Shown: piece after piece, positions 16,030 to 25,015 of the stretch
Layout of the letters: every line of letters begins with the position of its first letter
Numbering within the stretch: the first letter of the stretch is position 1
Assembly (NCBI GenBank): GCA_029258835.1
Contig: JAPDJY010000047.1
Coordinates: forward strand, 1-25,719
Origin: Thermoproteota archaeon
GTDB taxonomy: Archaea > Asgardarchaeota > Jordiarchaeia > Jordiarchaeales > Freyrarchaeaceae
DNA: 25,719 nt
Direction of reading: 5' to 3'
Translations under genes and position numbers: made by a program
Notes under the pieces: generated by a model
What the model saw: the letters and a program-made list of their open reading frames with translations, nothing else
Database searches by the model: none
Told to the model about the DNA's origin: nothing

Positions 16030-16340
16030 GTTATAGTTTCTTTAGTTTTCCCTTTCAAAACTCGCTGAAAAGCATCGTTATCTATGTTCCCCAAGTTGAG
16101 TAGGTATTTCTTCTCTGTTTGCTCTATTCCCATTCGCTAGCAAAAAGGAATGTTCCTGTTAAATGAGTTGCCAATTTCGTTGTCTCTATTTTTCTTGCGA
16201 AGCCCTCTTATAGCAGAAAGCCAAATTAAAACCGTTGCTAATCTCTGTTGCCCATCTACTACTTGAAAATAGTTTAATCCTAGTCTATGTCCTCCTTCAG
16301 GCACTACCTACAATAGAGCCGAGAAACGGGTGCTTCACGC
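16030..16340 (-). pseudogene. DUF262 (GmrSD/SspE-type, ParB/Srx-fold) gene relic
   Basis: Not in the ORF track. AT-rich segment reads HPFLGSIV / VVPEGGHRLGLNYFQVVDGQQRLATVLIWLSAIRG (DGQQR at 16242-16256) / LNLGNIDNDAFQRVLKGE. Confidence 0.8.
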
Positions 16341-16445
16341 ATTTTTATTCGCATAACCCTCCCAAACACATTTTAGGAGTTAAAGCAAATTTTTTATAAG
16401 GTCATCCATCATACTTACGTGTTTCTGGTGGTGGGGTTGAGGAGC

Positions 16446-17810
16446 ATGGAGAGTCTGAAGCGGCTTTTTTACCCTCGCTCCGTTGCCGTTATAGGAGCGT
16501 CGGATAACCCCTTTAAGATGGGATACCATTGTTTAAGGTCCCTGATTGGTTTTAGAGGGGCCGTTTACCCTGTTAACCCTAACGCTTCAACCATTCAAGG
16601 TTTCAAAGCGTACCCATCCATTTTAGATGTGCCAGGCGACGTGGACCTAGCAGTAATAGTGGTGCCTGCAAGGCAGGTTCCACCCGTAATGGAGGAGTGC
16701 GCTGGGAAGGGCGTTAAGGGAGCCGTAATAATAACAGCGGGCTTCAGGGAGACGGGTGAAATCGGAGCATCTCTTCAGGAGGAAGTCGTATCCATAGCTA
16801 AGCGGGCTGGCATGAGGATCCTCGGCCCAAACACCTTCGGCTTCGTGAACACTCACGCTGGACTCAATGCCACGTTCACCGAAACACTAGGTGAGCTCGA
16901 GAAGGGGGATATAGCGGTTGTGACTCAGAGCGGCGGCGTATGCCACCTCTTCTGCTACGAGGCAATAACCCAAGGGCTTGGGGTGAGCAAGGCGGTAGGC
17001 TTAGGGAACAGGTGCGACGTTGATTTTCCGGAAATGCTCGACTACCTTGCGTCAGACGAGGAGACCAGGGTAATAGCGCTCCACATAGAAGGACTGGACA
17101 ACCCTAGAGAGTTCATGGAGGCAGCTAAAAGAACCGTTAAGGTTAAGCCGGTGGTCGCCTATAAGGTTGGAAGGGCGGAAGTTAACAGGGAGTCCATGTC
17201 CCACACCGGGTCGATGGCTGGAGACTACAGGCTGTACGATGCACTCTTCAAGCAATCAGGCGTGGTGGACGTCGGCAGCGTAGTGGAGTTGCTGGACGTG
17301 GCGAAGGCCCTGTCATTCCTCCCTCCACCACGAGGAGGGAGAGTTGCCGTGGTGTCCGTTCAGGCGGGGCCAGCCATAATAATCTCTGACGTATGCAAGT
17401 CTAACGGGCTAACCCTCCCAGAGTTCACCGAGGAGACGAGGAGGAGAATTGAAAGTCTGCTGCCTCCAATGACGATAAGAAGCAATCCAGTTGACCTAGC
17501 ATTCGCCTACAGCGTCGAAACCTTCATGGAAGTGATCAGGCTGGTGGCGGACGACAGCAACGTGGACGTGGTGGTAGTCTTTCAGCTTCACCACCCAGTC
17601 GCGCCGGTAATGGTGGACGAGCTAGTTGGGGTGTTCAGGGAATCCGGCAAGCCGTTCCTGTTCTGCTTTAACGCCCCTAGGAGTAGGTCGCGTGAGGAGG
17701 TGGAGAGGCTTGAGAAGGGAGGGATCCCCGTCTACCCCACACCTGAAAGGGTGGCTAGAGCCGTGGTGGGCCTAGTAAAGTATGGGCGAGTTCTGAGGAA
17801 GCCGTTGTGA
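16446..17810 (+). CDS. acdA: ADP-forming acyl-CoA synthetase (acetate-CoA ligase) alpha subunit, intact
   Basis: LFYPRSVAVIGAS, IITAGF, GPNTFG, TQSGG, GLGNRCDV, SHTGSMAG (phospho-His), NPVDL, PVYPTPER. ATG at 16446 after GAGGAG, with TTTTATAA upstream; the ORF is open from 16419. Confidence 0.93.
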   Translation: MESLKRLFYPRSVAVIGASDNPFKMGYHCLRSLIGFRGAVYPVNPNASTIQGFKAYPSILDVPGDVDLAVIVVPARQVPPVMEECAGKGVKGAVIITAGFRETGEIGASLQEEVVSIAKRAGMRILGPNTFGFVNTHAGLNATFTETLGELEKGDIAVVTQSGGVCHLFCYEAITQGLGVSKAVGLGNRCDVDFPEMLDYLASDEETRVIALHIEGLDNPREFMEAAKRTVKVKPVVAYKVGRAEVNRESMSHTGSMAGDYRLYDALFKQSGVVDVGSVVELLDVAKALSFLPPPRGGRVAVVSVQAGPAIIISDVCKSNGLTLPEFTEETRRRIESLLPPMTIRSNPVDLAFAYSVETFMEVIRLVADDSNVDVVVVFQLHHPVAPVMVDELVGVFRESGKPFLFCFNAPRSRSREEVERLEKGGIPVYPTPERVARAVVGLVKYGRVLRKPL

Positions 17811-18300
17811 GCGCCTCCTCCAACACACGCGGAAACGTATTAGGTTTCGTGTCGCGTTAGTGGGCGTCTTGGTTTGCTTCGCATGTAGACGCCTCCTGAT
17901 CAAGGCTTTAAAGTGGAAACTCTCCGAGCATTTCTGGGTGTGGCTTTAAAACTGGCTGCAGAGGCCGTCCAAGAGTTAATGTCCGAGCTTTCTTTGAAGC
18001 CTCCCTCCCCAGGAAGCACGGTAATTTTCTTGGGTGCCTTCGGCTGCAATGAGGGGCTGCCAGCTATCAGCGAGCTTTCCGTGTGGAGATGGCGCTAAGC
18101 CGGCTCTTTGACCGGAACCTATAGCTGCTTGCATGCCAGCCGTTAACGTGGGGCGTATGCTGAGGCGCTTACCTGGCAAGTGGATGCTTTGAGGCCGGGG
18201 CCTCGTCAGGGAGTTGTGTGGAGGAGGCCGTTAGCATGCCTTCATTTAATATGAAGGGTCTACATGGAATTGGAGGAAATTATAAAGTGGAGAGAGGAGG

Positions 18301-19350
18301 TTATATTCCGAAGGGTACTATTATGTACTTGTTTTCGTTTCCGGCTGCGAAGAGCTGGAATTTTTTCCCTTTCGACGTGGTTACGTCCAGCCTGAGCACG
18401 TGGAAGAGGTATATGGGGTACTGGGGGGTTTCCCCTCTCTTATCCGCTGTCTTCTCAAGTTGCCTGAACATCTTCTTGGTTTTCTGCGCTTTCTCGTCTA
18501 CGTCCTTGTTGTAGAACCCCAAGAGTATCTTCAAGTCTCTCTTGTTCAGCTGGTCGCAGTCGTTCACCGTTACGGCTTCTATCTCGTTAATTCTTGATCC
18601 TATCTCGTCCGCTATCGCGTTGTCAACGTCAGGCTTAGAGTAGAAGAGGTACGTGTTGACTCCTGAAACCGGCGGGGGGGATATCTTGTACGTGAAGATG
18701 ACGCCTGTCCCCTTACACTTTCTGCAGGGAAACTTGCCTTCGCCTTTACAGTCGCCGCACACCACCCTCGCAAGGCCGCTGCATTCCGGGCAGACAACGC
18801 TTCCAGAGCCGAAGCATGTAGGGCACTGGACGGTGAGCTCCCTCTCCGTTTCAACCCCGTCGACAACCACTTTCAGGGGAAGGCTGATCTCCTTTTCCCC
18901 ATCGCACTCTTCGCACATAACCCTTCCGCTCCCATCGCACTCGCTGCATCTCACGTACCCCTCACCCTCGCACCGGGCGCATTCATAGTAGCCTAAACCG
19001 TTACACTCGCTGCACTCCACGCTCTCTATGGAGTCGAAAATGGGAATTCTACTATCTATCTTAAGGTCTGGGTGCAGCTTCCCGCTGGGAAAAGAGTAAA
19101 ACTTAACCTTAACTATGCCCTTGTAGTCGTCCTCCTTCGGGGAAGCCGCCACACTTCCTGTTTCGATGCGGGAGAAGAAGAGAGCCGCCATCCTCCTCTC
19201 GACGCCCTTAACGAACTCGGCTGCCGACACGCTAGACCTGTCAAAGGGGATCCCCTTAACCGAGAATAACTCCTCAAGCCTCTCATCGCTAACGGTTGAA
19301 ACCCACTTCAAGAACACCTTGTCCGGTGAGGGGGGCTTAACGAACGACAT
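18301..19350 (-). CDS. Protein with eight DnaJ-type CxxCxGxG zinc-finger repeats and no J-domain (SSUH2-like architecture)
   Basis: CSECNGLG, CARCEGEG, CSECDGSG, CEECDGEK, CPTCFGSG, CPECSGLA, CGDCKGEG, CRKCKGTG. No N-terminal four-helix J-domain is evident. Likely start ATG at 19350. Confidence 0.85.
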   Translation of the reverse strand: MSFVKPPSPDKVFLKWVSTVSDERLEELFSVKGIPFDRSSVSAAEFVKGVERRMAALFFSRIETGSVAASPKEDDYKGIVKVKFYSFPSGKLHPDLKIDSRIPIFDSIESVECSECNGLGYYECARCEGEGYVRCSECDGSGRVMCEECDGEKEISLPLKVVVDGVETERELTVQCPTCFGSGSVVCPECSGLARVVCGDCKGEGKFPCRKCKGTGVIFTYKISPPPVSGVNTYLFYSKPDVDNAIADEIGSRINEIEAVTVNDCDQLNKRDLKILLGFYNKDVDEKAQKTKKMFRQLEKTADKRGETPQYPIYLFHVLRLDVTTSKGKKFQLFAAGNENKYIIVPFGI

Positions 19351-19654
19351 CACCAACACACCCCTTAAAACTTACCCTCTAAAAACTCTTTTTAAGAGTT
19401 TCCCGTCCTCCCTTAAACTGCAAAGGGAATGAACACTTCACGTTACATTGAAAAGGCGTCTTTAAACATGCGCTTCCAAGGTTCTGCCAGCCTACCCCGG
19501 TAAATGAGAAAAATAGAATAGAATTGTTCTGTTTTTCAACCTGCTCCATCGGAAACAAGCCCGTCAACTCGTTTGGTGGCATGGCAGCTTCTCTTATCAG
19601 GCCCCAACCATCTCTCCTAATTTCAAATTTAGTTTGCATCTTCAGCCAGTGTTA

Positions 19655-19825
19655 AAGTGGGTGTGTGTGGCTTGCTCCGCTCACCGAGCTGCCTCCTCGG
19701 GCCGCCTCGCGTACCAGCCAAGCAACGTTAAGCGTGATAGTGGCTTCGGGCGCGAAAAGAATGATGAATTGGGTGGAGAGACGGCGGAACTAAAACCTGA
19801 ATGCATGATGCCGGAAACCCAACGG
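19655..19825 (+). mobile_element. Possible solo IS607-type right end / omegaRNA remnant
   Basis: Non-coding stretch running GGGTGTGTGTGG...GATGAATT...GAAACCCAACGG, echoing the GGGTGTGGGG...GATGA...GAACCCCGCAGG layout of the TnpB elements' right ends. Similarity is weak. Confidence 0.3.
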
Positions 19826-20433
19826 TAGCTCTGCGATCAAACATAATTTGAAAAGCTTAAATTATGATGAATCCACCTAGGAGGAGGCTTTACAGCGTCA
19901 TTGACTGAAAGGAATGGAGAAACCCTGAAAGCCTCAAAACCTTGCTTTTCCCGATCGCCGATAGTGTAGCATCTGCTACTTCGAGGCATATCGAAGAGGC
20001 ACCCAAAGATGTAATTGTCTAGAAGCTTTGGAATTCTCCTAGCAGCAACCCCCATGAACTATCTGAAGCGGTGAATGAAGACGCAACTATACTAGACTAG
20101 GTTATCTAATTGGAATTAGATGCTGGTGGATTTCGTAGACAGGAACCTTCTGTAGAACTCTTCGAAGCTTTTGGAGGATGCCTTAATGGGGCTGAGATGC
20201 CGCCCCAAGTGCCTAGTGTCGCTTCATTGTGGACTCATAGTAACTTGTGATTAGGTTGATGGTAAATGGTTTGAAAGCTTAATCGTTTAATTCAGTAAAG
20301 CGGTCAAAGCTTTTAAAGTTGCTGCCTCCCACCACTCCGCCCACCTACCAACAACAATAAGTTAACGGATAAGTTAGCAGAGCCTTGGAAACCTCCAAAA
20401 AGATTAAATATTTATTTTCACTCTTATCTATAA

Positions 20434-20796
20434 TTGTGGGGTGTAAGTGGGTTGGAGGAGTGCGAGTCTGATAGGACGTACGCCGGGCTTCTCCCGCTCC
20501 TTGTGGAAGTTAAGAAAAGACTTGAAAACGTTTATGGGGAGAGGCTCGTCGACGTCATACCTTATGGTGTTGAATGCCTGGATGAAGCGTCGAATGCAGA
20601 CGTGGCAGTCGTCCTGAAGAAGAAGGGTAATGTTAATAGGGAGACGCGAAGGGTGAGCAGGGTTCTAAAGGACATCATCGAGCGAACCCCCCTAAACATC
20701 CACATACTCTCATATGACAACCTGGAAAAGTCTAACTGGCCCCTATACTTTCAGAGGAAGAACAGGGAGAAGATCAGGTACCTGCAGTACGCCTAA
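20434..20796 (+). CDS. MNT-like nucleotidyltransferase-fold protein with degenerate active site
   Basis: VKKRLENVYGERLVDVIPYGVECLDEASNADVAVVL aligns to the MNT 'L..IYG.RL..VILYGS.ARG.....SDIDVLVVL' pattern, but GS is GV and DxD is NAD. TTAAATA TATA-like box upstream. Confidence 0.7.
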   Translation: MWGVSGLEECESDRTYAGLLPLLVEVKKRLENVYGERLVDVIPYGVECLDEASNADVAVVLKKKGNVNRETRRVSRVLKDIIERTPLNIHILSYDNLEKSNWPLYFQRKNREKIRYLQYA

Positions 20797-20818
20797 ACAC
20801 TTAGGATGGCTAGCGCCT

Positions 20819-20851
20819 CAAGGGTAGCGGTGGGCAAGGGTAGCGGTGGGC
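20819..20851. repeat. Tandem 16-bp duplication CAAGGGTAGCGGTGGG x2
   Basis: Exact copies at 20819-20834 and 20835-20850, between convergent genes. Confidence 0.9.
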
Positions 20852-20879
20852 GAGCCCTAACCCTGCTTTTCCTCGCCGT

Positions 20880-21308
20880 TCACCAGCCAAATATGAACTT
20901 GACTCGCGGCTTTGAAAGGTACCATAAGCCGGCCAGCCCCACAGTCACGGATACCCCGCCGAACCAGTAATTGAAGTAAGGGGAAACCTCCTTCAGGGTG
21001 CTTAGCAGAATGCTCGCTGAGAAGAGCTGGGAAGGAATGAACACCGCAACCAATCCTACGGCCACTCCTATGAGGGAGAGAGCCATGAGAAGCCTTCTAG
21101 CCCAGTTCCTGAGGGCGAAGAGCCCTATGGCGGAGGCAAGGTATACCACGCCGAAGCCTGCAGCCGCTACAAGCAACCCTGCGTCAACCACTTGGAGAAG
21201 CCTCATCCCAGAGAGGATTCTAACACTATACACCGAACCGGAGAGCAGGATGAGTCCTATGATAAGGAAGATGACGCTTAGCCCCACCACCCCTATCGGC
21301 CTATCCAT
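20880..21308 (-). CDS. Four-TM membrane protein
   Basis: MDRPIGVVGLS...GLFALRNWAR...WYLSKPRVKFIF with four hydrophobic segments. ATG at 21308; the ORF is open from 21326. Confidence 0.8.
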   Translation of the reverse strand: MDRPIGVVGLSVIFLIIGLILLSGSVYSVRILSGMRLLQVVDAGLLVAAAGFGVVYLASAIGLFALRNWARRLLMALSLIGVAVGLVAVFIPSQLFSASILLSTLKEVSPYFNYWFGGVSVTVGLAGLWYLSKPRVKFIFGW

Positions 21309-21381
21309 CAAACCACCATCCAACAAGGGGAGCTAAGGAAAATATAAATAAAACGCTTAAGAGGGTGTTTCTCAGCTTTAG

Positions 21382-22179
21382 GTGTGGAGGGGTAACGTGT
21401 CATCCGTGGTCTACGTTAAGAGGAATGTCCGGGCCGTCGACGACGTGGTGGGGGCCGTCATGGAGCGTATTGGGGTGCACGCGACTGGAAGGGTTGTCTT
21501 GAAGCCGAACTTGATAAACGAGGCTCCTCCCCCAACCACCACCCCGCCGGACATCGTCGAGGCTCTGGCGCGTTGGTTTCTCGCTGAAGGATGCGAGGTG
21601 GTCGTAGCCGAGGGGTCAGGGTGGGGGGACACCATGCAAGCCTTCAGGAAGCTGGGATACGTGGAGCTTGAAGGTTCAGGGGTGAAGCTGGTAGACCTTA
21701 ACTTCGACTCATACTTCGTTGTTGAAAACCCTGAAGCGTACGTGCTTAAGAGGTTTGAGCTCCCCGCAACCTTGAAGGATGCTTACGTTGTCTCCGTTCC
21801 CGTGCTTAAGGAGCACTCGATAACCAAGGTGACGCTCTCCCTGAAGAACATGCTGGGGGCGACCCTTGGGGAGGGGAGGATAGCGAAGAAGGGGAGGTTC
21901 CACAGGATCGGGCTTGACGAGAGCATAGTGGACGTGAACATCCACGTTAAGCCTAGGCTGGCCTTCATAGACGGGAGGACGGCGGGCATCGGGGGAGAGC
22001 TGAGCTCCAAGCCTAAGGACGTTGGGGTGATCATCGCGTCAAAGGATCTCGTTGCAGCCGACGCCATGGGAGCGAAGATTTTAGGCTACGACCCCTCATC
22101 GGTGAGGCATTTAAGGCTTGCCGAGGAGAAAGGGATTGGAGTTGCAAGCCTAGACCGCGTCAGGATTGTTGAGCTGTAG
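21382..22179 (+). CDS. DUF362 domain protein
   Basis: VVLKPNL, TTPP, VAEGSG, PVLKEH, TLSLKNMLG, FH, IDG, DLVAADA. The start may be GTG at 21397. Confidence 0.9.
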   Translation: MWRGNVSSVVYVKRNVRAVDDVVGAVMERIGVHATGRVVLKPNLINEAPPPTTTPPDIVEALARWFLAEGCEVVVAEGSGWGDTMQAFRKLGYVELEGSGVKLVDLNFDSYFVVENPEAYVLKRFELPATLKDAYVVSVPVLKEHSITKVTLSLKNMLGATLGEGRIAKKGRFHRIGLDESIVDVNIHVKPRLAFIDGRTAGIGGELSSKPKDVGVIIASKDLVAADAMGAKILGYDPSSVRHLRLAEEKGIGVASLDRVRIVEL

Positions 22180-22891
22180 CGCTCCGGGCGACGTCTAAGA
22201 GAGTGTACGAGAAGAGGGGTTCGCCGAGGAGGAGAGGGGTGAACGCGAAGAAGCTCATCGAAGAGGAAAGGAGGCCGGAAGCTACCCCGAAAGCGCAAAA
22301 CAGGAAGAGAAGGGAGGAGGATGCAAGCAGCCAGCCCGCGGACCTAGCGACGGCAGCCTCAGGCATCCTCAGGGAAAGCATGAATGATGATAAGAGGCCA
22401 TACTTTGACGAGAGGCAGATAAGGAAGAGGGTGAGGATGATGGGGCTAGGTGAGAGGGTAAGGGTAACCGTGGACAAGCCGGGGAAGTGCGTTATGCTGG
22501 TTGAAGCATTCATGCTGGAGGTTGACAGGGCTAGCAGGAGGGAGGATGAAAGGGAAGAGAAGGCTGAAAGCAGCGGAGTAATGGTTGAGCGGGGAGAACA
22601 CCCGTGGACCCCGGCGGCTTTCAGCACTCCTCCTACGGAGACCAGCAGGAGCAGGATGGCTGACTGGGAAAGGTACGTGGGGAAGCACGAGTTAAACTCT
22701 AGGAGGAAACGCATGGTTAAGACGGACGGATCAGACAGGATGACCCTTCCATTCCATAGGAGCTCCAGCAGCGTCAGGTGCGCCCACTGGAAAGGGGCGT
22801 CAAAGCTCCACCAAGACCCCGCAATGGCTGTGGCGAATCCAGCTGCACCGCCAGCCACACCGGCGGTAAGCCACTTGCCGGAAGCAGCCAT
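22160..22891 (-). CDS. Multi-pass membrane protein, unknown function
   Basis: ATG at 22891 after a GGAGGGTGG RBS; about 6 hydrophobic Leu/Ser-rich segments. The 3' end overlaps the DUF362 gene by 20 nt. Confidence 0.65.
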   Translation of the reverse strand: MAASGKWLTAGVAGGAAGFATAIAGSWWSFDAPFQWAHLTLLELLWNGRVILSDPSVLTMRFLLEFNSCFPTYLSQSAILLLLVSVGGVLKAAGVHGCSPRSTITPLLSAFSSLSSSLLLALSTSSMNASTSITHFPGLSTVTLTLSPSPIILTLFLICLSSKYGLLSSFMLSLRMPEAAVARSAGWLLASSSLLFLFCAFGVASGLLSSSMSFFAFTPLLLGEPLFSYTLLDVARSATAQQS

Positions 22892-23132
22892 GCAACCACC
22901 CTCCCTACACTGAGAGGGGAAGACGTGATAAATTTTCCGTGGCAAACTGCTATGGCCTGAAGTTAGAGGCCTTGGCGCCCTCAGCAAGCTTATAGTCGTG
23001 TTGGATGGGAGGGGGTCGTTGATGGTTGTTGAGCCTGAACGTTAGGATAGTCTATGTTTTCCTTGCAGTCGCCGGGTTCGCTGCGTCCATCCGCTTCGGA
23101 ACCCTTAAATATTTTCGTGTTATTGCACGTTA

Positions 23133-23792
23133 ATGGTGGTGTTGTTGCAAGAAACGCACGGGTCGGGAAGGGCTGGGGAAGGCGTACAGGTTAGGCGCAT
23201 AAACCTTTTCGAGCTTGACGAGGATGACAGGCTGGTTCTGGAGCGCTTCTGGAGGCGCTGCAGGGAGGAGGAAGGAGCGTTCGTCAGGCTTGAAGGGTTC
23301 GACTATGATGACCTGTTAGCGCTAGTCTCCTTAGGCGTCGTTCAGGGGGTACGGGAGGGGCACGTCCTCTCCGGCGCCGATCCCTTCACCGGTGAGGGGG
23401 CGAAGTTCAGGGTGCCAAACATCTTCAGGCACCTCTTCTCGAGGAGCCCGTACGAAACGGTTTCGATTAGGAAGTTGGACGACCTAGCTGACGCCCTAGG
23501 GGTGATAGGATACCTTAGAGACGTGAAGGCGCCATTAAGGTACGCCGCCTTCGCCGTGAAGCTTATCCTCGAGGCTAGAGGGAGGCGGAGGAACGTTTTA
23601 ACCGGCGGAGACGTCAGAGCTATGGCTGGAGAGGAGGCAGGCGTGGTTATAGCCTTGCTTAAGGGGATGGGGTTGCTTGCACCCCACGTGGACGCCCTAA
23701 GCGGGGAGGGACCATACTACAGGGTTCCAGAGGTTTTAAGGAGGATCAGAGGGGACGTCGTGCGCGTGGTGGAAAGGGAGTTAGAGGCGTAG
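23133..23792 (+). CDS. Hypothetical protein
   Basis: 219-aa ORF with host codon usage, a CTTAAATA TATA-like box upstream, and 18 nt before the radical SAM gene. Confidence 0.7.
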   Translation: MVVLLQETHGSGRAGEGVQVRRINLFELDEDDRLVLERFWRRCREEEGAFVRLEGFDYDDLLALVSLGVVQGVREGHVLSGADPFTGEGAKFRVPNIFRHLFSRSPYETVSIRKLDDLADALGVIGYLRDVKAPLRYAAFAVKLILEARGRRRNVLTGGDVRAMAGEEAGVVIALLKGMGLLAPHVDALSGEGPYYRVPEVLRRIRGDVVRVVERELEA

Positions 23793-23810
23793 TGGAAGGT
23801 TGTGGTTTAA

Positions 23811-24779
23811 ATGAGGTGTGTTTATGGCCCTGTGCTCTCCTGGAGGCTGGGTCGCTCCTTAGGGGTAGACCCCTTGCTTCCGCCTAAAACGTGCACTTTT
23901 GAGTGTGTATACTGCCAGCTTGGGAGAACCGTGAGGAAGGTTTCGGGGCCGGAGGAGGTTAAGGGTAGGGTTTCCGAGGGGAGAGTCCTGTCGGAGCTTA
24001 AAGGCGTCGAGATAGACTTTTCTATGGTCGACTTCATCACGTTCTCGGGTACAGGGGAGCCGACACTAAACCTTGAGGTTGGAAGGATGGTTGAGGGTAT
24101 ACGTGCAACTCTGGGAGATGGATGCCCACCCATAGCTATACTCACAAATTCCTCGCTTACATGCAGGGAGGACGTGAGGGAGAACCTTAAAAGGTTTGAC
24201 TTGGTTATGGCTAAGCTTGACGCAGCAAACGAGGAAATGTTTATGGCGGTGAACAACCCGTCGCCATCCATAAGGTTCTGGGACGTGGTGGAGGGGTTAA
24301 AGAAGCTGAGGGGGGAGGTGGAGGGGAGGCTGGCAGCCCAAATAATGCTCTTCCAAGACGATGAGAAGGGGATAGACGGATCGAGCGTTGAGGTTGTGGA
24401 GGAGGTTGCCGCCCTGACGCGTGAGATCGGATTCCACGAGGTTTACCTGAACACCCCTTCAAGGCCTCCTTTCATAAGGAGCGTTAAGCCGCTGAGCCAA
24501 TTCCAGCTTAGGAGGGCGGCGGAGGTTTTCGCAGAGAAGAGGTTAAACGTTCATTACTATGGAGCCGAGGCGAAGACAGGGCAGGGAGGGAGGACGTTAA
24601 CCGAGGAGGACGTTTTTGCGGTTGTTAAGCGTAGACCATGCAGGTTCGCCGACTTGGCAGGCATCTTCGCGTCGTCAGAGGAGGATCTGGAAAAACTCGA
24701 CAGGCTTCTAAGAAGCCTGTCAGGCGAAGGGAGGATTCGAGTGTTAAGGTATAGAGGCGAAACGTTTTACGCGTTATAG
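23811..24779 (+). CDS. Radical SAM Fe-S oxidoreductase (COG0731-like)
   Basis: YGPVLSWRLGRSLGVD, CTFECVYC (CxxxCxxC), TFSGTGEPTL, ILTNSS, KLDA, LNTPSRPP, and a C-terminal wHTH-like KRRPC segment. Confidence 0.92.
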   Translation: MRCVYGPVLSWRLGRSLGVDPLLPPKTCTFECVYCQLGRTVRKVSGPEEVKGRVSEGRVLSELKGVEIDFSMVDFITFSGTGEPTLNLEVGRMVEGIRATLGDGCPPIAILTNSSLTCREDVRENLKRFDLVMAKLDAANEEMFMAVNNPSPSIRFWDVVEGLKKLRGEVEGRLAAQIMLFQDDEKGIDGSSVEVVEEVAALTREIGFHEVYLNTPSRPPFIRSVKPLSQFQLRRAAEVFAEKRLNVHYYGAEAKTGQGGRTLTEEDVFAVVKRRPCRFADLAGIFASSEEDLEKLDRLLRSLSGEGRIRVLRYRGETFYAL

Positions 24780-24847
24780 CCAAACAACAATGGCAGATGC
24801 TGAGAACGTGGAATACCAGCTGGCCAGCACATCCTGCATCCGCCACG

Positions 24848-25015
24848 TCCACCCTTATCCAAGCAGACCTTTTAGGAGAGGTTCACGATTGATAGACTTT
24901 TATAGGTTATAGGTAGATGTGTGTTTTGGTCTGTCAGGCGTTTCCCCGTCATCGAGGCGTACGCCTCTGACGGGGCTTTCGGGGTAACCCCAGAACCCCA
25001 CACCCGAAGGTTCAG
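24848..25015 (-). ncRNA. Predicted omegaRNA of the second TnpB copy
   Basis: Perfect stem CCCCGUCA/UGACGGGG (24944-24951/24968-24975) enclosing GAGGC-GUAC-GCCUC, plus a GGGG-UUA-CCCC hairpin. Boundaries are approximate. Confidence 0.6.

Noticed and set aside
17811-18300. Short ORFs 17913..18098 and 17976..18179 or a structured RNA
   Set aside because: No recognisable motif, RBS or convincing fold; possibly decayed coding DNA but not assignable by eye.
18301-19350. dnaJ call
   Set aside because: Eight rather than four Cys repeats, no helical J-domain or G/F region (an HPD tripeptide occurs just before the repeats but not in a J-domain context), and no dnaK/grpE nearby.
19379-20270. ORFs 19379..19639, 19634..19828 and 19837..20055
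   Set aside because: Short and motif-less; the region looks like decayed foreign DNA but no family could be supported. BLASTX is needed.
22203-22913. 236-aa plus-strand ORF
   Set aside because: Arg/Glu-rich antisense shadow of the hydrophobic minus-strand gene, which has the better RBS.
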